Source of the DNA: Eledone cirrhosa
Taxonomy: Eukaryota
Reading direction: 5' to 3'
Length of the DNA: 64,000 bases
Assembly: GCA_964016885.1 (NCBI GenBank)
Contig: OZ024740.1
Location: forward strand, 359,538,001-359,602,000
Made by a program: the position numbers and the translations under genes. The notes beneath the pieces were generated by a model. It was not told the DNA's origin. It did not search any database and was given only the letters and a program-made list of their open reading frames with translations. Positions 37,170 to 51,661 of the stretch are shown in pieces (the stretch's first letter is position 1; every line of letters begins with the position of its first letter).

Positions 37170-37770
37170 CAGTGATCGCCAACATGGGTTCCGCGGAACC
37201 TTGTGGTTCCGTAAAACAAGCTCCGGGTTCCTTAAAAAAATAAATATTTACATTACCATTAATATTTGGGGTTTTCTGAAAAAGGTGCAAAGAAAATGCC
37301 AAAAGTACAATGTATAAATGAATGAGTACTATTGTAGTGTACACAGGTTCTCCACTCCAATTCGTGGAAAACACTACTTTCAATTTCTCACTTGAATTAG
37401 CAGAAAAACACTGTTCTGAGATTCGTGGAAATTGAATTCTTTCAATTTCACAACAATTCTTGGAAAGACAGTTTTCTGAATTCCGAGAATTTGACTACTA
37501 CTACTAATACACTAATTGAACTTAGAAATTGACTAATCACGAACAAGTAAATGTTGGTCGGTGACAGCATAACTTTAAACTGAAAACTTCAGTTCAGCGA
37601 GGTCTCTCAGCCAAGAGACAGGGTCAGTTCGCTGTTCTCACAACGTAAGTTCACTAAAATAAATAAATACTTTATTATTTTTTTTTGAAAAGTTTTGTAT
37701 TGTATAGGTTCCATGAAGAATTCAAAAAATTTAGAGGGTTCCTCGGTTTTAGAAAGGTTGGAGACCACTG
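37170..37770. mobile_element. Non-autonomous hAT (Charlie-type) MITE
   Basis: TIRs CAGTGATCGCCAAC / GTTGGAGACCACTG; 8-bp TSD GTATAGAG on both sides. Confidence 0.9.
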
Positions 37771-37845
37771 GTATAGAGTACTTAGTTGACCTTACTTAGA
37801 CCTTACAGGTCTTTAGTAGTGACATCTCACCTATATATATATATA

Positions 37846-38935
37846 TCATCATCATCATCGACATCATCGTTTAATGTCTATCTTCCACACTAGCATGGGT
37901 TAGACGGGAGTTGTCCCACTTGAGGCAAGATTGGTCGAGTGACCGTGTCTCGCACGTATAGGATTATCTGGCAGGTTTTCTATGGCTGGATGCCCTTCCT
38001 AACACCAACCACATTTACAGTGTGAACTGGGAACTTTTTACCGTGTTACCTACATGGCCAAATTACACCGTGGACTGTGTGTGTGTTTTTTTTTGTCGTG
38101 ACACCTACACGATCTCATTAGTTTGGACTGGATGTTGTGGTACCAACATAACTTTACAGAGAAAGGGTGGTGTTGGTGGGAGTGGCAGGATGGAGTACGG
38201 GTAGTGGGTTGGGTGTATATTTGGTTAAGAGGTGCCTACTGACTGTAGGTTTCGCTTTGTACATAGCAAGGCGAGTCTTCTGCATTACTGCGTGGTGCCA
38301 TTGACATTGTCTTAGAAAGGTGTAAGGTCGGAATTTATCAAATTGTCCCAGGTTTTTCTGGGTATATCTACTCCGTAACTTCCATCAATTTTGATCGCCC
38401 TGCACTTTTTTATACAGCTGTCATCTTTCATGCTCATCACATGACCATACCAACTAGTCTTCTCTCAAGTAAACAACATCTGATCCCGCTTATTCCTCAT
38501 TTAATTCATTTATGTTTTGTGATTCGCATATTACACATCCAACAGAGCATGCATGGTTCGTTCCTTTCCAGTCTGCACAGGTCCTCTGCACACAATGCCC
38601 ATGTCTCACTGCCATGTAACATTGCTGTTCATATACAAGCATCATACAATTTGCCTTTCATTTTTAGAGAGAAACCTTTTGTGGCCAACAGCGGTATGAG
38701 CTCTCTGAACCTTTTCCATCCCGTTCTGACTCTGGATACTGTACTTTCAGAGCACCCTCCACCACTGCTGATTTTGTCACCTAGGTAACGGAAAGTGTCC
38801 ACTATTTGTATAAACCATCTGGGCAATAGAAGGAGCTAGTATCCTGTGGGCACTTGCTAATTATTGCACCTGACCATCGGCCACATATAAAATCTACGTT
38901 CTTAGATAGCTTACCTGTGATCCCACTACATCTAT
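37846..38935 (-). mobile_element. 3' part of an RTE LINE with a (GAT)n-tailed terminal/SINE-like segment
   Basis: FRYLGDKISSGGGCSE..RVRTGWKRFRELIPLL..KGKLYDAC; (CAT)n at the left end. Confidence 0.8.
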
Positions 38936-39484
38936 ATATATATATCAGGATTAAACTAGTTAGACCATTATTCAATAGAGTACTCGATACTTGGAAGAGT
39001 AGAGTGTGACTATATTAGAACAAGCCAAAACCCAACACCTGAGCTCTTGTTGTTTCAACAGCTAATTGAATCTGGAACTAGCTGTTGAAATAGCAAAAGC
39101 TCAGCCATTGGGTCCCAACGCTTTCTAATCATCATCATTATCATCACCGTTTAACGTCTATTTTTCCACAATGTATATGTATACATGTGTATTTATATAT
39201 ATATATTATATTATTTATTTATGTTCATACATGGAACAAAGTTGACACCCAAGGTTTCAAGACCCAAATTTGACCATTACTCCAGAAAACAAGAGGTGTC
39301 AAAATAGTAACCTTTCTTCAGGCGCTAATACAAATTTAATATGCTTGGGTAGCGCCTTTGTTCCATGTATGAACATAAATAAATAATATAATATTTCTGC
39401 TCTCTTTCCGATTGAGCAATGTTTACCTTTTTCCTTTTCACATCTACAGATATTTCTACATATACATATTATACAATATGTATG

Positions 39485-39588
<104 letters not shown>

Positions 39589-39880
39589 GTGATATTTTGG
39601 GAGGGTCACGCTGCCAATAAAAACACATGCACTTATTGGTTTTCACTTTAATTTATTATAAATTTCTGGCTGGTTAGTTGATTCAATAATTGGATGGTTG
39701 TTTATATATTGTTATAGCTCTTTCGTCACACATACTGTGATCTCTTCAGTGACTGGGTTTTTATTTGGTTCTGTCCTACACCATCTTGATTGTGTGTGTT
39801 GTGTGTTGTGTGCTTTGATATATATAGAGAATGAGGAAAATGTGAAGTTGTAGATGTTAAAGACTACTTTATTAATAAGT

Positions 39881-39951
39881 CCATGATACATATTTCAATG
39901 ACGATCTTGGTTACTTGATTATTTAATCAATATCGTGATTTCATCAGATAG
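39881..39951 (-). ncRNA. Hammerhead ribozyme motif
   Basis: Reverse complement: CTAT-CTGATGA-AATCACGAT..ATCGTCATT-GAAA-T-ATGT-A-TC-ATGG. Confidence 0.6.
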
Positions 39952-40223
39952 CAAAATTGAGTAAATGGTTATGTTTCTGAGGCAATCATGGGTGCAAGGG
40001 AGTACACTAAAAAATTATTGTTATGTTTGGGGAGTGGACAACCCCAGCAAAAACAATAATTTAAAAAAACAATATATATATATATATTTCCAGTTATATG
40101 ATTCCAGTTCCTCAGAGAAATAACAACACAACCAGGAGCTGGACATATCGATGTAATCGATGTATTGACGGAGTAAAACACACTTCAACAACATGTGTAC
40201 CTGTCTTTCCCACACCAATTCGG

Positions 40224-40278
40224 ACTGCCTGAAGAGGTCACAGCCAATAATAGCTGTCACCGAAATATATATAGCAGT
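40224..40278 (+). ncRNA. Hammerhead ribozyme motif in a ~250-bp (TA)n-flanked insert
   Basis: ACTGC-CTGAAGA-GGTCACAGC-CAATAATA-GCTGTCACC-GAAA-T-ATAT-A-TA-GCAGT. Confidence 0.82.
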
Positions 40279-40329
40279 ATATCTATAATTTATAATAAAC
40301 GAAGCCAAATTTTACATATTTGACTTAAT

Positions 40330-40403
<74 letters not shown>

Positions 40404-41195
40404 TGTTATATTTGGGGGTAGTCATTTTGCCAATTGAACACACACACCATATAACTTTCATTTTATCTTTATTCTTCCGTCAAAGCTTTTTCAACACACC
40501 AATCTATGACCTCTTCAATGACTATCGATTTTTTTGTGCCTCTTCTTTTGCTGGTCTTACATTTCTATTTCAGTTTGTCGTTATGCCATTATTTTGTTTT
40601 GTGGTGTGTTTGTGTTTTGTTTTGTGTTTGTGTGATTAGGATCTTTATATCTATGTTAACTATTGAGTCCCCTTGTTCTGGTATAATACTGATGACCTTT
40701 TTCCTCCTTAACTTCTCACCAGTGTTCCTTTACTCTCTCTCTCTCCTATGCTACGGGCTGTTTCTCCTATGTATGTCGTCTTGTTTATGCATTATCCCTC
40801 TGTACATCTTATCCTATAGACTACATTTCTTGTTTTGCAGTTTATTTATGGGATTTTCAAACAGTTTTTATCAGTACAAGGGGCTTTCTTAAAGGGATCT
40901 GTCCTACTGATATATATATTATATATATCATCTTTTTTACGTCTACAGAATTCGACCTGCTAGAAATAGCGACTAAATCTCTTCCAAACCACTGTCTAAG
41001 AAAAATGCACATTGCATAATATGGTTTCTGAATCCCTGTCCTTAGGAAGAAGTTGGGTGGATTGCAGATTTGATCATATGTCTGCTCAATCAGGGATGGC
41101 CAATAACAAAAAACAACTTCAACTAAATTACTTTCACAAGGTATTGACCTACACAATGTTATAATAAGAGTCTCTTACTCTACAAAACGTGACAC

Positions 41196-41464
41196 TGTCT
41201 TAAGCCAGAAGGCTTATTTGGCCGGTGCTTATCTCCGGTTTCATGGCGTGAAGCGACTGAGAGAACAAGACTCCCCCTGGACAGGACGCCAGTCCATCGC
41301 AGTGTTAAACCTCAGCTATTGCTGGTACTCATTTTCAGCTGAGTATACTGGAGCAACTTGAAATGAAGTGTTTTGCTCAAGAACACAACACGCAGCCCAG
41401 GAATCGAACCCACGACATTATGATCGTAAGTCCAACACTCTTACCACTAGGCCACGTGCCTCCA
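41196..41464 (-). mobile_element. Full-length tRNA-derived SINE with 16-bp TSD
   Basis: Reverse-complement head GGAGGCACGTGGCCTAGTGG..GGTTCGATTCC. TSD CTACAAAACGTGACAC at 41180..41195 and 41465..41480. Confidence 0.85.
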
Positions 41465-42448
41465 CTACAAAACGTGACACAGTGGAAGTAAAATCGGCAC
41501 TGCATTGTTACGAATCAAATTTCTTAACCGAACATACATTTCATGCGCCTGTATATATATTTTTTTACTTTAATCTAAACACTTATTATAAATAACTTTT
41601 ATTTTTGTTTTTCAGCTGTCACCTTTTAACACAGAGCTTCCGTTACAGTTTGGGGATTAGAGGGGCTTAACTGTACATGTGTGTTTTGATAATGATAGAC
41701 ATAATAGCATTTACAGTTATTTACATATTTGATGGTATAGCAATAGCTCCCTTTCTATTATGTTTATTTGTACCTGTTACTTATTTGAAGTGTAATACAA
41801 AATGTTTTTTAACTTTAAGATCATTCAACAAGTTTCCACATTATTGGAAGGGCTTAAGCCCCAAAAGCCCCTAAAATTATAATTTGTTTGATCCACTAGA
41901 TTTAGTACATACAGTTAATCATAGATCAGAACACTAATAAGTCTTATAAATTGAAAATAAAATAATATATATAGCCCTGCCCGAACGAAGGTAAATTTAC
42001 TTAAGGGGGATAACAATGTATGTGAAAGCTGCATGTTATTTCCCTTTATATTTTAAGCGGCTTTTATAACTGTACAGAAGTCTATACCCAACATATATCA
42101 GACAATGTTAAGTACTTACTTTTGTCAGTAAATAACATCAGGTAATATAGATAAAATAATTTTAATTTATTTCAAACTTCTTGGTGCCTGTACAAAATAA
42201 TGAAATAATTACTAATTTTGGAATAAAGATATTTGTTGGTTATTATAAATACATAAAACAAATTTCTCATTTGTATATTTGCAATGAATATGTTATCAAT
42301 AAAATATTCCTGTAATATTCTGATAATGAAGTGGAAAGGTTTACAAAAAGATGTCAAAACAATTCCAAACAAACGATATTTTCACCATATAAGTCTAATA
42401 CCCGAAACATTAAATAAACAAAAATAATGTAAGAAAAATATATATACA

Positions 42449-42980
42449 CTAGTAGAATGGCCCAGCGTTGCTCGGGCTTCTAAACATAGATTGGCATGTT
42501 TATCCCTCCTTTCTGAAACAGTACACAGAAGTACGGAATACCTCGGCCTGGGGATGGTGTCTACATTTTGTGCTTATAAAAAAAGTTCGTCGTAGATTAC
42601 CAGATAACTTAACTGGGTGCCTGAGAGTAAAATGTTCAACCCACGAAAGCCAAGACGATAGGGTTAACAAACCGACCAACCGAACATGTATTTTTTGTAT
42701 GGTACAACGAAAGCAATAGTTACAGAGCAGTAAGCATGTGGGACTGCAGTGGCGGAGAGCATGAAGGAATTTAATTGGATACTTTTAAGGTTACAGGTCC
42801 TAACGCAACCAAAATGCTAAACATTGCGGTCCCCGGGCAAAAATTTGAAATCTTTTTCAGTCAAGAAAATTTGTGAAACATAAGTAATGCATATGCAAAA
42901 TAAAAAAAAAAATTGGTTGGGTGGCTCTCGAGTTTTAGGGAAACAGACAGACCGATATTCTCTGTTTTATATATATAGTA
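42449..42980 (-). mobile_element. Non-autonomous Helitron-like element
   Basis: Minus-strand 3' end GCCCGAGCAACGCTGGGC hairpin, then CTAG|T. 5' end CTATATATATAAAA..GTCTGTCTG. Confidence 0.65.
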
Positions 42981-42983
42981 TGC

Positions 42984-43121
<138 letters not shown>

Positions 43122-43224
43122 CCTATACATATATATATATATATTATTTATTTATTAAAATAATAGATTAAAAATGCAAAGAATCGAACCCTCTTTGCAT
43201 TTTAGTCTTCATATTTATTATTAT

Positions 43225-43264
<40 letters not shown>

Positions 43265-43541
43265 ATAGGGAGAAAAAGACGATTATTAGGAAGAAAAAAA
43301 AAATGTTTTCTCTTTTTTTTTCTGGATTAGAAAATGTTTAAAACAAAATATTTTACTTTGTGTGAAGTGTTAAGGTATTAGTCAATTTATTTATTAATTA
43401 ACAATGGCATTTATTTATTTATTTATATATTTAATAATCGTCTATTACCGGTTTCAGAATTTTATGCATTATCAAAGGGGGGAATTTGTATTGGTGTAAA
43501 ATGTTGGTGATGTTGAACATGTTAAGGAAATGGGAAGAAAG

Positions 43542-43578
<37 letters not shown>

Positions 43579-44005
43579 TGTATATACATATATACGTATG
43601 AATTATATCGAACATTAATAATAGTTTCAATTATTGGCCACAAGGGCCGAATATCGAACATTAATAATAATATTTGATTCGTTTGTAAACAAACGGTCCG
43701 ATTTGAAGCTGTGCCGTACCGGTGACCAATTGTCACCTGTTGTTCAATACTGGATTTGAGGAACAATCAACATGTTTCTGGGTCATTACCCTTCATCAGC
43801 ACTGTATACTTCTGCCAGTCTGTTGAACGATTAAAATACATCGTATTTTCTTAAGTATACACCGGCTGAGTAGCCTCATTTGCATACCGAGCAAGTTCTG
43901 GCTGGCCTTGCCGAGTATTAAAAATAAAATTAGAATTTTATTTCTCTCCCTAGTATAGCTGATACATAAATGTAAGTATGCACACGTACACACACACACA
44001 CACAT

Positions 44006-44087
<82 letters not shown>

Positions 44088-44297
44088 AAGAAGAAAGAAT
44101 GAGAAATAAGATAGATTGAAGGGACGGGCGGGTTGGAATTGGAAAAAATGTCTTTAGATAAATAAATGTCTGTGTGTGTAGCGTCCGAAACGTTAAGACC
44201 CTCTTCCTGCTATTTCAAGCGTTAACCTAATATATTCCTTCCATATACTGTACCAATTGTGTTGTTATTTCGGTTTACCTTTTACTTATATATACAA

Positions 44298-44420
<123 letters not shown>

Positions 44421-44592
44421 AGGTGAGTTTTATTGTAGCACAATAAAGCAATGCAAATATCGGATAAGTACCACTCAACAGTTTATAGGACTGGAGTATA
44501 AATAATATAAGATCAAAAGATGGTTAAAAGAGTTCCATGTATTTTATTATGCTCATTTCAAAAACAAATATCATCCCATGATATATATATAT

Positions 44593-45864
<1,272 letters not shown>

Positions 45865-45931
45865 TGCCCACTCGTTATTCGTTATCGAGTATGGCCATTA
45901 CACGATATACCATTATTAATAATAATTAAAG

Positions 45932-46121
45932 GGGTGAATTGGCAGTATCGGTAGAGGGTCGGACACCATGCTTTGCAGCATAGAGTTACGGTCCTTGCCA
46001 TTCTGAGTTCAAATCCCGCCGAAGTTAACTTTGCCTTTCATCCTTACGGGGTCGATAAAATAAAGTACCAGTAATGTACTGGGTAATTTCTGGCCTTGTG
46101 CCAAAAGGAGAAACAATTATT
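45932..46121 (+). mobile_element. tRNA-derived SINE (dominant young family)
   Basis: Full-length copy. Further copies at 36772..36881, 48679..48790 (-), 52813..53003 and 57129..57230. Confidence 0.85.
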
Positions 46122-46162
46122 AATAATTATTAATTAATTCTATCGTGCAATGCCTGTGCGTG

Positions 46163-46533
46163 ATTATTGGAGCACTGGGATATGTTAGTAACTGCCTCAA
46201 TACAAATCTTGAGAAGCTAGGCTTCACAGGAACAGAAAGAACACAACTAGTTAGGAAATTACAAGTACAATCCATTAATGGAACAGTAAAAATATGTAAA
46301 ACATTCCAAAGATTTTGCATCTAATAACTGCATATACAGATACAAAGCATATACACATGCACACATACAACTTAAAACATCCACATCCACACATACAATA
46401 ACATCCATATCTACACATGCATGCATGCAGACATACATACATATCTACCTAGTTGATGTTCAATGAGAGAGTCTTGTGTCTATGTTAGAAACCGACTCTC
46501 TCTCTATTGGGAAAAGATTTGTGAAATTATAAA
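46163..46533 (+). mobile_element. 3' end of an R4/Dong-clade non-LTR element
   Basis: IIGALGYV..LEKLGF..RKLQVQSINGTVKICKTF*, followed by a 3' UTR stem-loop (GAGAGAGTC/GACTCTCTC) and (TACA)n. Confidence 0.7.
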
Positions 46534-46879
46534 ACATACATACATACATGGTGGCTGTCCCCTCGTTATCGAGTATGGCCATTGCACGAGGAGAAAAAAA
46601 AATATTAATAAATAAATAAAAAAGAAAATAAAAAAAAGAAATATATATATATATACCCACATACATACACATATATACACACATATATATATATATACAC
46701 ACATATACATTAATAACAATAATAATAATAACAACAATAATAATAACGACAACAACAACAATAATAATATACATATACATATATATATACACACACACGC
46801 ACACACATAAACATATCTATACACACACACACGCACACACATAAACATATCTATATACACACACACACGATAGCAACTA

Positions 46880-48490
46880 ACAGCGCCGCGATCGAATGTG
46901 GCTTTTTAGCAAAACATTCACTGGGAATAGCCGGCTGTGGTTGGAGTTCATGTACTTTTGCCTGATGAGTAGCATCTCCAACAGCAGCCTGGTAGTCAAC
47001 CACTGGTCTTACTTTATGACTAGCGAAGATGACTTTCGAGTCCAGCTTTGCTTAGGCAGAGTCTCGCACAGACGCTGCATCTCAGCACCATAGGAGGACC
47101 CTCGCCGTCTGGAAGTGCAACAGCAATGCCCTTCCTCACATCCCGCTTTACTTTCTCGTATGCGATTCGAGATGCCTCAAAGGCAACTTTTCCCTCATAT
47201 ACAGTCTTTCTTCATTTATTACATACATGGTGGCTGCCAACTCGTTTTCGAGTACGGCCACTACTTTATATCCATGTAGGAGAACCCCTACCGATGCGCT
47301 GAACGAGTGTGACTTTTTAATCCAGCCAGCGACTTGAAAACACTGGTACAAACACTACACTTGTGACAATTATTGACACATAGTGCCGAGATACATACAT
47401 ACATACATACATACATACATACATACATACATACATACATACATACATACATACATACATACATGGTGGCTGCCAACTCGTTTTCGAGTACGGCCACTAC
47501 TTTATATCCATGTAGGAGAACCCCTACTGATGCGCTGAACGAGTGTGACTTTTTAGTCCAGCCAGCGACTTGAAAACTCTGGTACAAACACTACACTTGT
47601 GACAATTATTGACACATAGTGCTGGGCCCATGGTACCATGTGACGGCAAGTGCAGAGAGATATCCAGATATAAAGCAATGCCTGTGCTGTGAAGCTTTTA
47701 TAGTGAGCAAAGGCACTGCACAAAGCCAGTCCCACTCTCTTAACCATGATGATATTTACCAAAAAGAAGAACAAGTCAACATCATTGGATACCATCAGGG
47801 TTGCAGGTGTTATATCAGAGTTTTCCTTCTAGAATTCTGCCTTGACAAAGGCTAAGGGGTCATCTCTCCCGGTGATTTTGGATGGCCATTGACTCTTAAG
47901 AGCTCCTTTGCCCTTTGACAGGTTTTGTTTTTAGTCCTGCAGTTTGTCCAAAGTCACCCTCCTCACCAAGAAACCTTGGTGGGGTTGCCAGTTTAGTCGC
48001 CAACGACCCGACCATGAGACGGGTTGTACTGGGATACATGTTACCAGTAGCACCAACTGGTGACCTGACATAATACATACATACATACATACATACATAC
48101 ATACATACATACATACATACATACATACATACATACATACATACTTGATGGCTGCCCCCTCGTTATCGAGTATGTTCATTGCACGATTTAACATTATTAA
48201 TAGTAATCAATTAATTCTATCGTACAATGCCTGTGCGTGAAGATTTTTTTTTAAGTGAGGAAAGACTGTGCACTGAGCCAATCCCACTCTCTGAGCGACA
48301 GTAGCTATATCCCGAAAAGAAGAAAAGATCAACATCATCGATAACTACTGAGCCCCAGGTTTTATATCGGAGTTATCCAAGTTTCCTGAGTTGCCTTCTC
48401 CTAGAAGAATGCCCTGACAAAGGCTAGGGGTCCTTCACTCCCAGTGGTTTAACCGCGCGATCGGGTGACCAGCCCGACTATTTCTATGTC
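46880..48490 (-). mobile_element. Nest of RTE-like LINE 3' ends and short derivatives with (TATG)n tails
   Basis: C2H2 fingers CSVCARLCLSKAGLESHLR and CSVCTSVFKSLAGLKSHTR; repeated GGCC..ACTCG..CGAG..GCAGCCA terminus. Confidence 0.7.
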
Positions 48491-48652
48491 CCCGCGCATG
48501 CATACATATGTATATGTATATGTACATACGTATGTATACATACATACATACATACATACATACATACATACATACATACATACATACATACATACATACA
48601 CACACATACACACACACACACACACATATATACATATACATATACATATGTA

Positions 48653-48901
48653 CGTATGAGTTATATCGAACATTAATAATAATTCTTTTTACTTGTTGGC
48701 ACACGGCCATCAATTATCCCAGTACATTACTGGTACTTTATTTTATTGACTCCGTAAGGATGAAAGGCAAAGTTAACTTCGGCAGGATTTGTTCGATCCG
48801 TTTGTAAACAAACGGCCCGATTCGAAGCTGTGCCGTGCTGGTGACCGATTGTCACCTGTTAGTTCAACACTGGCATATGAATGTTCGATATAACCCATAC
48901 G
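48653..48901. mobile_element. TA-flanked MITE containing a SINE fragment
   Basis: TIRs CGTATGAGTTATATCGAACATT / AATGTTCGATATAACCCATACG. A related one-ended copy starts at 43595. Confidence 0.7.
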
Positions 48902-49047
48902 TATATATATGTATATATGTGTGTGTATATATATATGTGTGTGTGTGTGTGTTTGTACGTGTGCATACTTACATTTATGTATCAGCTGTGTTAGGGCGAG
49001 AAATAAAATTCTAATTTTATTTTTAAATATATACATATATATATATT

Positions 49048-49305
49048 AGGATTGGTGCTCTGAAATAGCGATGTATACATGAATGTATGTATAGTATATT
49101 TGTCAATATACCGTATGTTTAATTAAAAACATTTTGAAGACCTTGCGCTATCATTTTAAAGTAGTGACTATGTCACTTACTTCTTTTTGCGGCAAAGGAA
49201 GGGAGAGAAATGAGAGATTCTGTTTCACACTGTTGGTGTTCCTCAGAGCAACGTACTCCCGACCTCTGCTGAAAATTATAGAGGCTAGATTCTTATAGAA
49301 TTCCA
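49048..49305 (-). mobile_element. Second copy of the 312-nt HHR family
   Basis: Collinear with 22560..22815. Core CTGAGGA, stem II ACAC/GTGT, decayed stem III. Confidence 0.75.
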
Positions 49306-49431
49306 TATATATATATATAGTAATAATAATAAATTTGAAGACTAAAATCCAAAGAGGGCTCGATAAGGACAAATATATATCAAATATATAAGAACCGTCG
49401 AGCAAATATTTATTTAAATATATATATATAT

Positions 49432-49713
49432 AATTAAAAGTTTAACAACGCTCAATGAATTAATCAATGAATAAAGTTTCACAATAGATTAAAAGCACTC
49501 TACAGTGGGTTTTCTGGAGTTATTAATATTACTTCAAAATATTAATAAATATACACATTCATGTGATCAAATATATTTTATTATACATATTTCAGAGGTA
49601 CTGAGCTATTTCAACAGTACGTCCTCATCGTTGAAATAGCTCAGTACCTCTGAAATATGTATAATAAAATATATTAGATCACATGAATGTCTATATTTAT
49701 TAATATTTTGAAG

Positions 49714-49719
<6 letters not shown>
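49432..49719 (-). mobile_element. Short PLE-type terminal element with inverted arm; HHR truncated at the fold point
   Basis: 49526..49615 is inverted against 49630..49719. Reverse complement reads GATGA-GGAC-GTACTG..CAGTAC-CTCT-GAAA-T-ATGT-A-TA. Confidence 0.65.
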
Positions 49720-49763
<44 letters not shown>

Positions 49764-49766
<3 letters not shown>

Positions 49767-50916
49767 AAGATTTACATATACACAAACTAGACAAAGTCAT
49801 ATATTTTTGGCTACCATTCACGATGTGGCTCAATGATGAATTAATAAATTAAATAATTAGAGCAATATACTATAAATTATGTCCATAGAATCATTTGATA
49901 AGATATATACTCCATTTCCTCTCCCAATTAGCATAATCAACCACACACAAAAAACCAATTAAACCAGGCTATAAGATTAAAAGGTACCTTTGAAGAAATA
50001 ATAGATAAATAAACGACAGCCATCTATTCGCGATCAACCGCTATAGAATATTTACCCAGCATTTCAATAGCACGTGGAAATCGATTAAATATATCGTCAA
50101 CCATACACAATTAGGTATAAAATTAAAGTTAGAAGAAAAAATGCATATAAACATACCAGGATTACGTTTCAACCCTTCAGGGTTTCGTTCACTTTCGGAA
50201 ATATCCTATCAAGGATAAATTCTTTTGTGTGGTTAATTATGCTAATTAGGAGAGGAAATGGAGTATATATTTTATCAAATGATTCTATGGACATAATTTA
50301 TAGTATATTGCTCTGATTATTTAATTTATTAATTCATCATTGGGCCACATCGTGAATGGTTGCCAAAAACATATCTACGACTTTGTCTAGTTTGTGTATA
50401 TGTAAATCTTTATATTTGATAATCTCCCATAAGGTTGAGATGCAATTTAGGCAATATTAGGCTGCGCTTTCTAGCAACCAGCCCACTAGCCGCAAGGCAC
50501 CAATCACATTCTTTCTGACTTGACCACTGCCACGTCACAGTTCTTAGCCATTTTGAATTCGTTTCTGGCGGGGATCATTTAAGAAAAATCTTTGTCCAAG
50601 TGAGTTTGTTTCCTGATGAGTTCGAAGCTCGAGAATTGATAGGATATTTCCGAAAGTGAACGAAACCCTGAAGGGTTGAAACGTAATCCTGGTATGTTTA
50701 TATGCATTTTTTCTTCTAACTTTAATTTTATACCTAATTGTGTATAGCGGTTGATCGCGAATAGATGGCTGTCGTTTATTTATCTATTATTTCTTCATAG
50801 GTACCTTTTAATCTTATAGCCTGGTTTAATTGGTTTTTTGTGTGGTTGATTATGCTAATTGGGAGAGGAAATGGAGTATATATCTTATCAAATTATTCTA
50901 TGGACATAATTTATAG

Positions 50917-50918
<2 letters not shown>
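49764..50918 (+). mobile_element. ORF-less HHR element: inverted arm plus ~1.1 tandem monomers (period 613; ~670 with the indel restored)
   Basis: 49764..50212 is inverted. Direct repeat at 50223/50836. (TA)n flanks. Confidence 0.8.
50607..50683 (+). ncRNA. Canonical type I hammerhead ribozyme
   Basis: TGTTTC-CTGATGA-GTTC-[34 nt]-GAAC-GAAA-CCC-TGAA-GGG-TT-GAAACG. Confidence 0.85.
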
Positions 50919-50942
<24 letters not shown>

Positions 50943-50947
<5 letters not shown>

Positions 50948-51375
50948 ATATTAAATAAATGGAAACTATATTTATAAAACTATATTTATTCAATTATATA
51001 TATTTCAAAGGTACCAAAATTTTGGTACGCTATCATCAGATAAAATACAAAATGTTTTATAAATATTTGACATGACCAAGGATAATATACCTTAACGGTT
51101 CAAGTTTTCACTTTCCAGGGATAACTTGAACCGTTAAGGTATCCTTGGCCATGTCAAATATTTATAAAACATTTTGTATTTTATCTGATGATAGCGTACC
51201 AAACTGTTGGTACCCTTGAAATATATATAACTGAATAAATATAGTTTTATAAATATAGTTTCCATTTATTTAATATCATTGAATATTTAGTCCAGAAATT
51301 TATCGAGTGCTCTGAATCAATTATAAACATTTATATTTATTTGTTGTATTTCCAACTAATTAAATAGCCCTTCTA

Positions 51376-51380
<5 letters not shown>
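50943..51380 (+). mobile_element. Second copy of the 6974..7404 HHR-bearing element
   Basis: Same inverted-arm structure. HHR cores intact in both arms (~50987..51047 minus, ~51177..51237 plus). Confidence 0.78.
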
Positions 51381-51419
<39 letters not shown>

Positions 51420-51495
51420 GTAGAAGGAACCAAATAAATATATATTTTTTAAAAAAATAAGACTTCAGTTGCATTTTCGATTTCATCCCTTTTTC

Positions 51496-51661
<166 letters not shown>

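Noticed and set aside
46962-46970. CTGATGA match (also at 24291 in the YADD codons)
   Set aside because: No downstream GAAA or stems; chance matches inside LINE coding remnants.
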